Below, one piece after another: positions 1-15,003 of a stretch of 64,000 nt of DNA. The translations under genes and the position numbers were made by a program. The first letter of the stretch is position 1. Every line of letters starts with the position of its first letter. The notes beneath the pieces are model-generated. The model saw only the letters and a program-made list of their open reading frames with translations. It made no database searches and was not told the origin of the DNA. This DNA is from Adineta vaga (Eukaryota > Animalia > Rotifera): assembly GCA_021613535.1 (NCBI GenBank), contig CP075495.1:7254001-7318000 (forward strand), given 5' to 3'.

Positions 1-896
1 TATGTAGTTAAAAACGATCTTTCTTTCTTTCTAGTGCATATTCGTCCTAGTTATTCACTTCATTTAAACAATAATAATCCGTAAGTGAATTATTGTCTTT
101 TTAAAAAGATCATCAGCATTTTCTTCTGTTTCTTTTTTTTAGTTTTGCTAAATGAGATATGTGTGTATATATATATGTAATATTTATTCCAGAGGATCAG
201 ATATATATTTTTTTTCGACGAATCTATTTTTGTTTTGTACTTACTTTTTCCGAGAGAATACTTAACATTCTCTCCTTCTTTACTTCTCTTGTTCTTGTAT
301 GATCTTTCCTCGACTTTGTAGAGTGCGAGTCTTAATATGTCGGAAAAAGCTCGTTTTTTTCATTATTTTCGCAGGGCATCTTGCCCTTACCCTATAGTTT
401 TTATTATAGCATTTTTATTATTATTATTATTATATTATATTGTCAGTATGTGTGTGTTTTGACGAAAGATTTTTTTTGTATGAGGAGGAACACAACAGAT
501 AAAAACCATGAATTTACACGATGTATACATTTATTTATTAAAAGATGAATTGGTAAAATGTTCTTTTTTCCTTCTCCTAATGACATAACTTGTTTCAAAC
601 AGAATTCGAAGAAAGAAGATTCGATAAAAGTTTTGCTTTATGTTGTTGAGAATCTTGGTAAGTATAATTTGTTAAACTTCGCTGCGGTTTATATCTGAAA
701 ATCTGAACAAAATAAAATTTTCATACATGTAGCAATACATTAGAAATTCATTCTAATAAAATCTATCTGCTATGAATGCTGACCGCTAATCTATCTAATC
801 TTATATTCTACTATTCAAATCTTATTTCTCTCTGTAATTCATGTCTTTCTACATAATCTTAAGATGTATCGCTTTGAAAACTATATTTGTTGTTTA

Positions 897-1857
897 CTAT
901 ACTTTTTGATGATTATTATTGTATTTCTTATTGACAGATTGAACAAGTCTGTCAAAAACATCATTTGGTGAGTGGATTTGTTTCGAACTTTGTGAATGGA
1001 ATGACGAAATAGGTTTGATTAATGTGGTTGTTAAATGTTTAGGTGCATCAGCAATATTTGATAACGTAAAAGAAGATTGGCGACGATTAATCGGCTGATG
1101 TGAATAAAACGATCGTTCGTTGAATCGTGAAACTGAAGAATAAAGTGAATTGGAATATTTCGGAGTAAATGAGTGATGCGATGATATACAAAACGATGGT
1201 TTACGTTCTTATAAATAATATATTGACGATATGACATATATGTTAAATACAATACTAACCGACAAGATCTGATGAAGATGAAGATGATGAGATTGAACTC
1301 GATGGTGAACTTACATTTGACATTGAAGATATTGTAGAATTTTTTGATGTTTGTTGCTGAATTTGATGTAAAAGAAATAATAAATCATTCAAATTCAATT
1401 TTGTTAAATCCATCGTGCGTAATTTATCGAATGAGGATATTTCATTTGAAGCATTGAAAACTACTAATTTTGATCCAGTTGCAGTAGGAGATTTACTGAT
1501 CATACGAACAAGTGGATCATCCGCTGGTACATTAATTGAATCTATTATTAACAGAATGTTTCCCTAATACCATACATAGCGTTGAAATAATATTAAATAC
1601 ATACAATTTACATTATTTGTATAGTTTGTTACCCAGACAATTCGAGTATTTATTCGATTACAAATAGGAAATGAACATAGTTGTTGTTGTTGTTGTTTTT
1701 GTTGACGTTCAATTTCATTAGTATTTTTGTTAACAGACCAGAATGAACTATTGATATCTAATGAAAAGTAAATTAGTCTAAAATCTGTTCATAATTATAA
1801 CATACTCTGCTCCATCGAATGATTTGGAATGATTCGAAAATCAAACTCCTTCATCAT
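897..1857 (-). CDS. Hypothetical protein, about 4 exons (MMKEFDFRIIPNHS...QQQLCSFPICNRINTRIVWVTN...VNKKYNNNHQKV*)
   Basis: Short GT-AG introns (~1762-1806, ~1565-1612, ~1210-1259) join open segments, including ORF 1255..1503. Ser-rich low complexity; no recognisable domain. Confidence 0.6.
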
Positions 1858-3111
1858 ATATTGCCGAATATAGGACTGTTCAAATTGACGAAGAAATTTG
1901 ATGTAGTATAGGAAAAAAAGGCGCAATGTCTTCTCGTTATCTTAATGGCAGTTCTAATGTTGCAAAGACTCGACCAAAACGTTTTTTTTTCAGTTTAAAT
2001 TATCACGACATCTGTTTATAAGAAAATGTTTGCGATTGAAAATCATTGGTTTCGATGGTGCGTTTGGAACATTTTGTGTGAGATAAAGACAGTCTAGTTT
2101 AAATTTAAATCATTCAAAAACAATCAACATTTTATTTTTTTCAAAATGGCTTAAAACTTGAATTTGTTGTGTACATGCTTTTCTAGCTACTGTTTCATTA
2201 ATGAAAACAAGATTCAAAATTCAAATTAGTCAAAGCAAGTGTTCTTCTTATCTGACTGAACGTTATTAAGATGTTCATTATAGAGAACATACATAGATAT
2301 GAATGTAGTGGAATAAGATGTTTATATTTGAGGAAGTTAAATGAAAATAAATAGAAAACGAATGATTCTCTTATGTTTTATATCCTGTTAAGTGCTTATT
2401 TTATTTTATTCGCTATATTATTTCTGCCGGATCATACCATCTATTTTCTCTAATTAGTCTAGATTCATTCATGACATAGACTATTCTTTCACAGTTTGTT
2501 CTGTGGAAACATTAAGATTGATATAAATGTCTATCAGAAGCGCAAACAACAAATCAACTCTATCAATAATGGAAACCTTTTCAACCTGAATACATTTTTT
2601 GTATCATTCTCGGTGTGATTTTTGAGAGCAGTATAATCATGACATTGAATCTCACATCAAAATAGATCTATACTATATTACAACGATGTTCATAGACTTG
2701 CTGACATCTATCGATTTTATTATGCATTGTTATTGAGGCAGCTCTAACAGTAAATATGGTAGCTGTCATATGGGCGTTATGATTACTTGAATGAATAGAT
2801 GCAGATTGAATCGAATAAGAAAGACATAACAGTTTGTTTTTCTTTTGAAGTCAACATCACTATTTCGATATTGCGAACATCAGACATACGATACGAAAAA
2901 ACGTGACCTTCATCTGACAAAATCACATGTGCTCAATAATATCTCAATCAATCGTTATATCTATTCAGATGTAATATTGTTAATCATTTCATTTATACAC
3001 TCCATGTAAAATAAAAAGAAAAAAGGGGAAATTATTCTCAAATTCGATTCTAAACATTACAATCAATTTTATTTTTAAGCAAACTCTTTTCTCGTTTTAA
3101 AATATTACCAG

Positions 3112-5008
3112 ATGGGTGGATGTGTAAGTCATCAACGTCACAATAATAGTCATCGTCATCGACGACGACGACGATCTCATTCATCTCGAAGTAGTGCAAC
3201 AAGTATTTATTCATTTATATTTTAATTATTTTATTTTATTTTCGTCATCGATTTAGCGAGTGGTACTGTTGGTCGAAATAAACCATTGAATCGTTCAGCT
3301 TGTCATCCTCGATGGAAATCGGATATTCCTATTACAGAAAATCAATTACGTCGAAAGCGAGAAGAATACTGGGATACTGGTGAGTTCTTTTTTGAAAGAA
3401 ACATTCAGGATGTGAATACATATTTCTGTGTATTATGTGTTTTGAATATGTTTGAACCCATTAGATTATTCAGGGAGTAGACGATCATTGTACTTTTTTT
3501 GTTAACGAAAACCTGCCCAGAAAATATTACCGGATATGTTTAAAATTTCATTCAACGGAATAAAAGACAGTGTATCCTATGATATATGACATCGTCTTAG
3601 TTTTTATAAAATGATCTGTCAATTGATTCGTATCTAATCTCTCTCGTACCAAATTTCTTTGAGGTCAAATGTCAAGTAATTCTTTTTATACTATACTTGT
3701 TCAATAAAATATTCAAGTGTTCTTGTTCATATAAAAATTGTGATATTTACATTTAAATGAATATGATTAATTTTAGCTCCTGCCTTCGATGGACGTAAAG
3801 AAATTTGGGATGCATTACGTGGTGCATGTTATGCAATTGAACAGAACGATATTGACTTAGCACAATCAAGTAGAAAATTTTTAAAAGAGAATGTTTTTTC
3901 CCTTCATATGTATGTGATATATATTTTTCTTTAGTTATCAATTGTGCGAATATATCTCTTCCACATGGAACACTTCTGGATTGTTATGATGAGCTTGGTA
4001 CACGTTATCAATTACCTGTATATGTTTTATCGACACCAACAAATATGATTGATGGTGAACAATCATCAATTGATTCACGTGGTGATTATGAATCAGGTGC
4101 AAGTGATATTGGCCTAGCAATAATAGCAGCAGCTGATCGTGAACGTGATTTTGATGGTAATCATAGTTCATCTTCATCCTCATCTTCATCATCAATAACT
4201 AATCAACATCTAACAACAACAAAATCTTCAGCAACACATCGCGTTGATCATAATCCAATTGTACGAGAAATTAAAAAACATCGTCGAAAACAAAAATCAA
4301 GTACTAATACTGATTCAGGACATGATTCATCATCAACAACAAATAATACAGCACCTTCATCACATATTACTAATCAACCAATAAATATCGATCAAGATCT
4401 TGAAGTTGCTATTAAATTTCGTCTATCAAATGGTAAAGAACATCGTCTTTATTGTAAACAAAATGAAAAAATACGACATATTAAACGACGTTTGGCACTC
4501 TTAGAAAATGGAACTATTGATTCACAAACACAACGATTATATTTTGGTGGAAAATTATTACGTAAGCTATTCGATTGTTTTTTCTCATATTCTATATGAA
4601 CAGTTCCTTTTCGATACAAAGATAATTTTACTAGGAAATAAGCTTTTCACTTAACAGTACAAATCGATGTTTTAAGATGATTTATTTTTGTTGAAATGTC
4701 TAGTATTGAAACAATATGTCATTAATCTTGAATTAGTCTCAAGATAAATTATTCCAGCTTAGTCAATGAACAATAACATTGAATAAAAGGGCTATTGTTT
4801 TTCTTAATTATTTTTTTTAGGAGATCGTTCAACTTTACGAGATGCTCATTTACAACGTAACTTTGTAGTTCAAGTAATTCTAGCGGATAAACCTATAACT
4901 CCAAATAATGCCATAACAACAATCGATCACCTTACAACTACAGTTAGTGATGTTAAAAATTCAAATTCAAGATCAATTGAAATACCAACTTTGAAATGTT
5001 CGGATTAG
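3112..5008 (+). CDS. UBTD1: Ubiquitin domain-containing protein UBTD1/2 (DC-UbP)
   Basis: N-terminal MGGCVS myristoyl/palmitoyl-type motif; [37 protein letters not shown]; [25 protein letters not shown]; C-terminal UBL (KFRLSNGK...[10 protein letters not shown]...FVVQVI). 5 exons. Confidence 0.92.
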
Positions 5009-5342
5009 AGTATCGAAGACCATCTGTGTTCACTTTTCATACCTCTTTGTACAAACGAATTCTTACGACTTGATTATCGTCTTTCTCCTTTTTCTTTCTC
5101 TTCATCCTTTTCTTTATATGTTGTCAAGAATTGCAATACATTTGTTTTGTTTTTTCTTCTTTTACTCTCTTCCTTGATCAAGCAGTCACTATTATATATG
5201 TTGTATTCATGTGTATATTTCTTTTGTGGGTTTACAAAGAACAGGAACTGAATTGTTAAAAGAAAAAAAAGCAGTCTCTTTTCTTTATTTTAGATTGATT
5301 CAGTTTGTTGTTATTATTGTTTTTTATTTCCAATATTATATT

Positions 5343-6458
5343 ATGTCCGATTTGTCAGATCTTGATCGACAATTAGAACAATTGCGTCGTTGTGAATTAA
5401 TTAAAGAAAGCGAAGTCAAAACATTATGCACAAAAGCACGTGAAATACTCGTCGAAGAAAGTAATGTTCAATGTGTTGATTCACCGGTTATATATGTGGC
5501 GATATTCATGGACAAATGTTTGATCTATTAGAATTATTTCGTGTCGGAGGTAATAATCATCGTTTTAAAATCTGTTTTATATAAGAGAAGAATAATTATG
5601 ACAAAGTTTTCTATTTCATTAGTATTTGAATTAAAAAGTATGATTTCTAATGAAAATCTTTCTATGTTTGTTTATTATTATAGGTGATGTACCTCAAACC
5701 AATTATTTATTCTTAGGAGATTTTGTTGATCGTGGTTTTTATAGTGTTGAAACATTCTTATTATTACTTGCTCTTAAAGTAAGATATCCTGATCGAATCA
5801 CATTGATTCGTGGCAATCATGAATCTCGTCAGATTACCCAAGTTTATGGTTTTTATGATGAATGTCTACGAAAATATGGTTCCATTATGGTCTGGCGTTA
5901 TTGTACAGAAGTATTCGATTATTTAAGTTTATCAGCAGTAATTGATGGAAAAATTTTTTGTGTTCATGGTGGCTTGAGTCCATCGATTAATACACTTGAC
6001 CAAATAAGACAAATCGATCGAAAGATGGAAGTACCACATGATGGACCTATGTGTGATTTATTATGGTAAGAAAAAGAAATCTTAGATGTTATTGAATTAT
6101 TTTATCTAAACTAAATTATTTTAGGTCTGATCCCGAAGAAACACTTGGTTGGGGTGTGAGTCCACGGGGTGCTGGATATCTATTTGGTAGTGATGTTGTT
6201 TCACAATTTAATCAAACAAATAATATTGATCTAATTTGTCGTGCACATCAATTAGTAATGGAAGGATATAAATGGCATTTCAATGAAACTGTATTAACTG
6301 TTTGGTCAGCACCTAATTATTGTTATCGATGTGGAAATGTTGCTGCCATACTGGAACTTGATGAGCATCTCAATCGTGGCTTTACTATATTTGAAGCTGC
6401 ACCACAAGATCAACGTTCATCAGCAACAAAACGTGTCGTACCCGATTATTTTCTTTAG
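5343..6458 (+). CDS. PPP4C: Ser/Thr protein phosphatase 4 catalytic subunit; apparent 1-nt deletion at ~5490
   Basis: [32 protein letters not shown] (shifted frame), [25 protein letters not shown]-terminal DYFL. Introns 5550-5683 and 6066-6124. Confidence 0.93.
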
Positions 6459-7358
6459 AAAATTTATATTAATCTATATGTATGTGATTATTTGTGTGCT
6501 TGCGTGTATAACATTTTTTTCTCTGTCCCACATAATCGGTTTGATTATTTGAAAGAAAAAACACATCAGATACTAAGAGTATGTCAATGAGTAAATATAT
6601 ATATATAAATATATAAATTGTTTCTTTTGTACTTTTTCTTCTCTCTTAATTATATTCCGGATGGTTATGATCTAACTGTATACATAGTGAGACAAAAGAA
6701 AGAAGCTATGCCGTTATTTATTGATTGACAGTGTATCATTGATGAGAACAGAAAATACAGTGTAGATTGAATTTGCTATATTAGTTTTTCTTTGTCGGAT
6801 GATAAAGATAAGAATACAACAAGAAGCGAAGCGGAAGGTTCCTTTTTTCCTTTTCCCGTTTCTCATGTCGATAATCAATTCATATCAGTTCGCCTAAAGT
6901 TAGATTCACGTCCAATAGACCTATTTGTTCGTCGTTCTTTTTGACGCCAGTTCACGTTAATAAAATGAGCACGCGCAAGAAAAAAACGATAGATACTTAC
7001 TGCGTAAATCTAGTTAGTTGAATTCTAATAAGCAAAAAACATCCATTTACTATTTCTAGTCTTTTTTTTTCACATTCTATTCTTTTGAAATAGACGAATG
7101 ATTCGATGATGATACTGTCAAAAAAAGAAAGATAAACCACGTATTCTTTTTTCGAAGTCCTAAGCGAAAACAAATTGCTTCTCATTTGTCTTTTTCTATA
7201 TATCACGAACAAATGATCATACTATGACGAGAGCTATTTGATATGCTGGTCTCTGTTTTATATCTACGTTAATTATGTCAATCAATAACACGAACTTTTT
7301 TAGATAGTTAAAGATATTTAATGTTTTTCTCTTCTTTATTTTTCAGATGAATGAATAA

Positions 7359-8691
7359 ATGATGAATACACTTTCAATACGTGATCTTTGTTGTCTTTTT
7401 TGTTGTCCACCATTGCCGTCCCGTATTGCTGCTAAACTTGGTAATTTATTCTGTTTGGAATCAAAACTATAGGAAATTGTATTTATTTCTTTAGCTTTTC
7501 TTCCGCCTGAACCAACGTATTCTTTACATGTGGCTGATATACTGACGTCATCGAATGGAACTACTGATCAAAAGAATTTATCGTCAACGAAAATAAAATC
7601 TTCATCTGATTCGAATACACCTATTCGATATAAAATAATCTTTTCTGAAAAAGCCGAATGGCAACATTCACAATCAGATATATCAAAACTAGAACCCTAT
7701 TTTGTCACGACATCACGACGTAATCGTATTGCATGTCTTTATATTAATTGTACACCTAATCCAAAATATTACATTCTATTCAGCCATGGAAATGCTGTTG
7801 ACCTTGGTAAAAAGAAATAATCTTTTTCATTACTAATGTTCTATTTTGATCACATTGTTCATTGACGTGTAGGTCAAATGGCCAGTTTTTTTATTGTTTT
7901 GGGCTCACGTTTACAATGTAATATAATCAGTTATGATTATTCAGGTTATGGTGCCTCACAAGGAAAAGCAAGTGAAAAAAATATGTACGCAGATATTGAA
8001 GCAACCTATAATTCGATCAAACAAAGATATCATATTCCTGAATCAAGAATTATTCTCTATGGACAAAGTATTGGTAAGATAGAAGATTGATTGAAGAGTT
8101 TTTTTCGTTTTAAATTCGATTTATTTTGAATCAGGTACGGTTCCCACAATCGATTTAGCATCACGACGTAGTGAATGTTGTGCTGCATGTATCTTACATA
8201 GTCCATTAACATCAGGAATGCGTGTAGCATTTCCTGATACGAAACGTACATGGTGTTGTGATGCATTTCCATCTATAGATAAAATTCATCGTATACGTTC
8301 GATTGTTTTAATTATACATGGCACGGAAGATGATGTTATTGATGTCAGTCATGGTTTCGCTCTCTATAATCGAGTGCATACACAACATCAAATCGAACCA
8401 TTATGGGTCGATGGTGCTGGACATAATGATATTGAAGTAAGATTTTGCTAATGTTTCTCTGCAAGATTTTATTTATTTTTTTTATATCTCATTCAGGCAC
8501 ACGGTCAATATGTAGAAAGATTATTGCGACTAATCGATATAGACATTCCACAAATACATTTGAAACGGCAACAATCAGAACAACAACAACAACAGCAGCA
8601 GCAACAACAGTTATTACCATCCGTGTCAACTCCACCAACATTGGCATCTACACTTATTATACCTGCTTCGACAACTAACGGAGCAAATTGA
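7359..8691 (+). CDS. ABHD17: ABHD17 depalmitoylase (alpha/beta hydrolase)
   Basis: [27 protein letters not shown] palmitoylation cluster, [22 protein letters not shown] nucleophile, [18 protein letters not shown]. 5 exons; polyQ tail. Confidence 0.95.
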
Positions 8692-9711
8692 TTATGATCA
8701 GGAAATTTGACATTTGTGAATGTTTATCAGCTCGATTGTTTCTTGTCTATTATAATGTGCAATGTGATCTGTATCTTTTCTCTTTCTCTCTCTCTCTCTT
8801 TTCTTTCTCAGATCAACATATACATATGTATGAAGACTTTTTTCTTACCTGAATGAACTTGTTTTCTTTCGTTTTCTTACTTTATCTATCTTTGTTTGGT
8901 CTTGTGTCAAAGAATATAAATATATACATATACATATATATCTATTAATATTCTTTTGTTCAAATGATCAAAGTATCTGTTCTTTTTATCAAGCAAAGTT
9001 TAATTGAAAATATAACACCTTGATGATTGATATTAGAGACAACCTTCTCAAGTATTCATCCATATAGTTTTATATAAATTAATAATTCTAAAGCAATTTA
9101 TTCAATGAACGATTCAAACTATGGTATGATAACTTTGTATACATAGAACTGGTAAGTCTAAATTATATGTAAATTAAAATACATCCACATTGGTTATCTT
9201 ATTCTCGGCGACATCTTTTGTTGAAAAACTGTTTCTTAGTTTTTTGGTCGCCAATCAAGATATAAAACAAGGTAGACAGACAGACAAAACAGACGTCTGG
9301 ATAGTGGTGTAATATGATGTCAGATAGGAATAGAATAGTCTTATTCTTACTTTTTCATCTGCACAGAATGTTATTTGTCACTTTTAGAGAAAAAATTTAT
9401 TTGCATGAGTCATCATTACCCAAAACTACTTGTTTTTTCTTCTCTGATTGTGGCTTCGAAGATAATCATTTGAATTTGAAAATCAGATGTGCTAGTATAT
9501 ATTTCATTCAGAATATTCAAGGGTATTGAGTACGCTTTTATTATAGAAGATACTAGATGATTTCGAGTGGTACGCAAGCAGTTTATTGTGTTTTTTTCCT
9601 ATTTTCATTAAAGCCACTTGAACACTAGCTGTTGCCGTTTCATATTAAAAAAAATACGAGATTATCTGAAAGTTTTCTAGATTTTCTTTTTCTTAAAATA
9701 GAATATATTAT

Positions 9712-12700
9712 ATGGCCACATCATCACCATCATCTCCAAGTGGAGGTTCTGTTGATAATAATACACGTGATTATTATCAACAAGTTTCAACATGGTTAAA
9801 TGAATTCTTTCAATTAACACCGTATACTGATATTGAATATTCTATACGTTCATCATCAACAACTATTTCATCAATTTTAACAACAAGTGGAGGTACCGAT
9901 GGTTCATATACACAATCTTTTCCATATGAAGCAACAAATCGAATCAGTATTCCATCAGCAACTATAACACCGATACCACCAACAATTACTGAACAGCAAC
10001 AACAGAATGCCAATCAAACGACACCTGCAGTTTATCGTAGTGGTTATGTTCTCTCACTGAATATGCTCTGGTTGTCAGTTGACCAAAAACTTTATTTGTA
10101 AGTTACGTATTTTTCATTTTCAGTCGTGTAGATTTCGCAATGTTGAACAATACCCACACCAACACCCTCAAGATGATATGCATTTCCTCAATGGTATATT
10201 TTCTTTTCTATTCAGATGGAAATATCCAACTATGGTTGATTTAATCGAATTAGAATTCGATGCAATTGTTCTTGCTTGTAATTGTATTCGTCGTCGTAAA
10301 TCTACTGCAACTAATATCACTAAAAAATTAACACATTCAACATCATTTCTTGGTTCATGGTTACCAGCTGTTATAGCATCTACACCAAAATTTCCGCCAA
10401 CATTGACTACAAATGATCTTATCGAACATTTTGTTCATTTATTGATTATTTTGACTAGTCAAGATATTCTAATCTATACAATTGATGATCAACAATCGAA
10501 TAATATTCAACGTTGGTATACAACGCCAACATTGAAATATTCATTAAATCAAATAGGTTATTTCGATACATTAGCTACATCTAATGAAAGATTTTTTCTT
10601 GGTGGACAATGTGGTGATATCTATGAATTTATCTACGAAGATAATATTAAACCAACATTAAATAAACTTGGACAAACATTTCTATCAAATTTAGTTCCAA
10701 GTTTTCTTCAAATTGGTTCATCATCCAATGCAAATTCTTCATCTATGACAGTCAAACAAATTACAATTGATCATCAAAAATGTCTATTATATGCACGTTT
10801 AGCTAATGATTCATTACATATATATGATATAAATACAGACAAAGGTCAACGTTTATTTACTTATACATTTGATGATTTAATTAGTAAATTAAAACAAAGA
10901 CAAACAATTGCTTATGATGATTATCGACCTTTTCTAACAATGTATACGGTACAATCGTATGAATCAAATTTATTTGATTTAATTATAGTGACACATACAG
11001 GTATTCGATTATATTATACATTAATAATGCCAACAGGTAAATAAATTCTTACTTTATATTGATGATAACCTATGAATCGTTCATTGCTTATCTTTTCTTT
11101 AGGTCAAACAGGTACAAATAATACACAGCAGCAACAACAACAACCTCAACAATCGCGTCTTGAATTAATTCATGTACGTAATCCACCCACAATACCAAAT
11201 TTACCTCAAACAAATGCTCAACAACCAATCTTTCGTACGGGTTATGTTGATATGAATTGTTTATTTTTATTTACAACTGATCCCAATCGTCCACAAACAT
11301 TTGGTCGAATGATTTTATTAATCAATTCCGATTCAACATTATTAACATCAACAACGTTATTATCATCGAATTTTAATGATTCAACAATAAGTCAACAGCA
11401 ACAACAACAACAGCAACAACAATTTCAACAACGTTCAACATCTGCCGTTCAATCACAATTATTCAATGAATTATTTCTTATTCAAGAACAAATTTCTTTA
11501 CTTACTTTAAATATTCTCCCATTACATTCGGATCTAACTCAAACACCAACATATCTTCCACGTATTGGTCCATTAGCACAAAATTTTCGTTATATGATAC
11601 AAACATATGATTCTATTGTTACATTTGATATTCCACGATCGATTGAACATTTACGTTTATTACTTTTTTATGATCAACAAATTCATTCCTTATTAATGAA
11701 ACAATTTTTTACTTATTATTCATTACGTTATTCATGTTCAATGAGTTTAGCATTAACATTAACATCATTGCAAGATAATCATACAAATACAACGCGTATT
11801 AATGATGATCGTTTACGTGATTTAGCATTTCAAACATTTCTTTGGTATTCAAGTTCAGCATATTTACAATATCTAGAAACGCTTCAACATCAACAACAAC
11901 AACAATTATCAATGGATCATTCACGTATCTACCAATTACAACCGCAACAACCATTTAACCGTTCAACAACCATCATACCATCAATATTTATAAAACAAAG
12001 AAATTTTTTTGAACGCTATATTATTCCATTACGTATTAATGCAATTTTATTTGTTTTAAGTGATGTACTTCGTCCAATTTGGAGTCAAACATTAATTGAA
12101 TTAAAATCTTTATCAAAACAAGATAAAACAGTTTATTATATATTTCATAAAGTTCATGATTATCAAGATATTAAACTTTTATTAAAACAATTGCAATACT
12201 TTTTGAAAAAATTAGCTCCACATATGTGTTGTACATGGTCAAATAAAGATGATTTACCTGAATATAATGAACAGTTAGCACAACGAATTTATGCACAACA
12301 AAATCTTCAGACACACCCACAACAACAACAACAACAAATCTCAACAATGAATACAAATAATAATCTCTATCTTCGATCTGCGTTAACAGGACATTCCATT
12401 GAACAATCATCACAACAACAATCGATTCATCATGCACATAGTTATCCGAATATTTCAACTTATGCACAATCACCTTACGGTAATTAATTTTAATTATGAT
12501 TAATATTGATATTGGTTCTTCTTCAATTTTTCTCACAAAAAAAGAACATAGCAAAATTTTATTTAATTCAAATAAATTTTTTCATTCTAGGTCATCCAAG
12601 TACATTGAATACATCGTTAGCTGGTGGTATTAATCCTGCTGCTGATTTTACTCTTTCATCTCCATTACCACCGATTCCATCCAGTGGTTCTCTATTTAGT

Positions 12701-14619
12701 ACTTCAATGCAAAATCTTGCACCAGCACCCAATATACTTTTTCCTGGTATTACTAGTACTCCAACACCCTTTCAACCAGCATCATCATCATCATCGTCAA
12801 CACAGAATCCGACAAATACAAATCAACAATATTTTCTTTCTGCTACATCATTATCATCAATAACGGATCTTTTACAAGAAATTGATTATTATCGTACAAC
12901 ATGTCATATGATTGAACGTTTAATTGAATTATTATCGCTTTGGCAAATCATCAATGAACATCGAACAGATATGTTAATTGAACGTTTACCTGAATCATAT
13001 TTAACATTATTTAATGGTACGAATGGTCCATTTACAGTTCGAACATTACTTGATTTAGATACTCTCTTCTATGATACATTAATTGCAGCTTTATTAACAT
13101 CTTATGAACAGAATGAAGCTATATTTGATCAATTAATGGGTCGCCTAGTTGATGAATGTCCAAAATTATGTCCAATTGAGAAATTAATCCTATATAAAGT
13201 TGATCTATTTCTTAAACCATCATCAACATCATCATTATCAAGTCAATCATTAAATGATCAACATCAACGTTTAAAACAAGCATGTCAATTATATAAACAA
13301 GTTTGTGATCGTGTAAATATAACATCATTTGCAATGACATTATATACATTTCGTATGTATGATGAATTACTTGATCTCTGTGTTACGGCTGGTTCAAAAC
13401 GTGATCCATGTAATCAAGCATTAAATTATTACTATGGACAATTGGATGATCAACAACAATTTCTTGATGTTTATCAACGACGTTCCGAATGTTATCAAGC
13501 ATTAATTGATATTCTTGAACTACTTTATCAACGTGATGGTGATAATATTTCGAAAACAACTGATGGTAGTTTATCATTGAATGATTTTATTCGTCATTGT
13601 TTATCTTATGATGATGAATTTCTTCATGTGAAATTATTTGATTGGATGATGAATAAACAATTTAATGAAAAAATTAAATCGTTTCGACAAATGACACCAT
13701 ATTTAGAACGTTTTATACGCTATCGATTAAAATTAACAAATTTCAATGATTATATTACATTAGATGTAGCAATTGCTGTTCTTCAAGTTGCAAAAGATTA
13801 TACAACATTATGTCAAGTAAGTCGCGACTTTTGTTTTTTATTTTACATTTGTACAAGTCTCTTTTATTTTTCTTTTTGTTTTTCTAGGTACTTCTTCATT
13901 TAATTGATTTAGCTGATACACATGTGAAATTCGCTGATCGTCTCTGTTATTTAGCTGAAGCTCTTCAAATTGCACGTTCAGCAAGTGCAACTTTATTATC
14001 AACATCTTTAACTCCTCAACAAATAAAATCTACTAATGATCGACAATTAGCTGAATTGATTCCAACACTTGAACAACGTTTACAAACAGCTTTTGTTCAA
14101 AAACAAATCTATACAGATTTACAAATGTATATGCGTGCATTAGAAACTCATACAATGCTGTCAACAACAAATACGGATGATCTTAAGCAATATGTTCAAC
14201 ACATAGAAGATTCTATTACAAAATTAGATTCTGCATTATTCGATGCAACAGAATTATTTGTTGATTATGCACAAAAATATGAATTATATGAATGTCAATT
14301 ATTACTTTTACAATTAGATGGTAATGAAGAACCAACTATACTTCAAACAATTTGGCGACGTTTATTACGAAAAGAAGTGAATGATTTATTTCCATCGACA
14401 ACAAATTTAACCGGTGGTGGTAATTATGAAAGTATCATTATTTTACAACAACATCTTATTGAACGTTTAAGAAATTGTCGAAAGAAACGTTTACGTTTAC
14501 CATTAGATTTTATTCGTAGTGAACTAAAACAAATTGTTTATACATTAAACAATCTTAGTGATAATGGTGATGTTATAACAGCGGATGATTTTTCCAACCA
14601 AATTCTGTCAGATTTATAG
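9712..14619 (+). CDS. NUP155: Divergent nucleoporin Nup155/Nup170 family, ~1513 aa
   Basis: Exons 9712-10097, 10216-11036, 11103-12479, 12591-13816, 13888-14619 join in frame. Motifs WLSVDQKLYLW, RFFLGGQCGDIYEFIY, DDEFLHVKLFDWMM, TPYLERFI, DRLCYLAEAL, LDSALFDATELFVDYA resemble Nup155. Confidence 0.8.
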
Positions 14620-15003
14620 AATTAATAAAACTCTTGTTATCATGTAAAAGCATACTGCAAATAGGACTATTTTTTTTTCTTCTTTTGCGCTTTTCTTTGT
14701 GAAAAAAAAGTTTGTATTCAAGAAATAAAAAAGAAACATTTCAAATAATGCAGTAGTCTATTAAAATAGTTTAAACTATCATATCTCTTCAGGTTAACCT
14801 GATTGGTAGTTTTTGTACCTAATGAATGGATGTGATGCTAACAAGTCTAGATGATTTCTTCAAATGAACACTTTACTTTTTATTGCATGTCTTTGTTTTT
14901 AATGAGATGAGACGAAGAAAGGACATCCTGATATTCCATAAGGAAATATGTTTAATCTGTTAACGGAATCTGACATGTTTTTATTTCTTTAATAATAAAA
15001 ACA

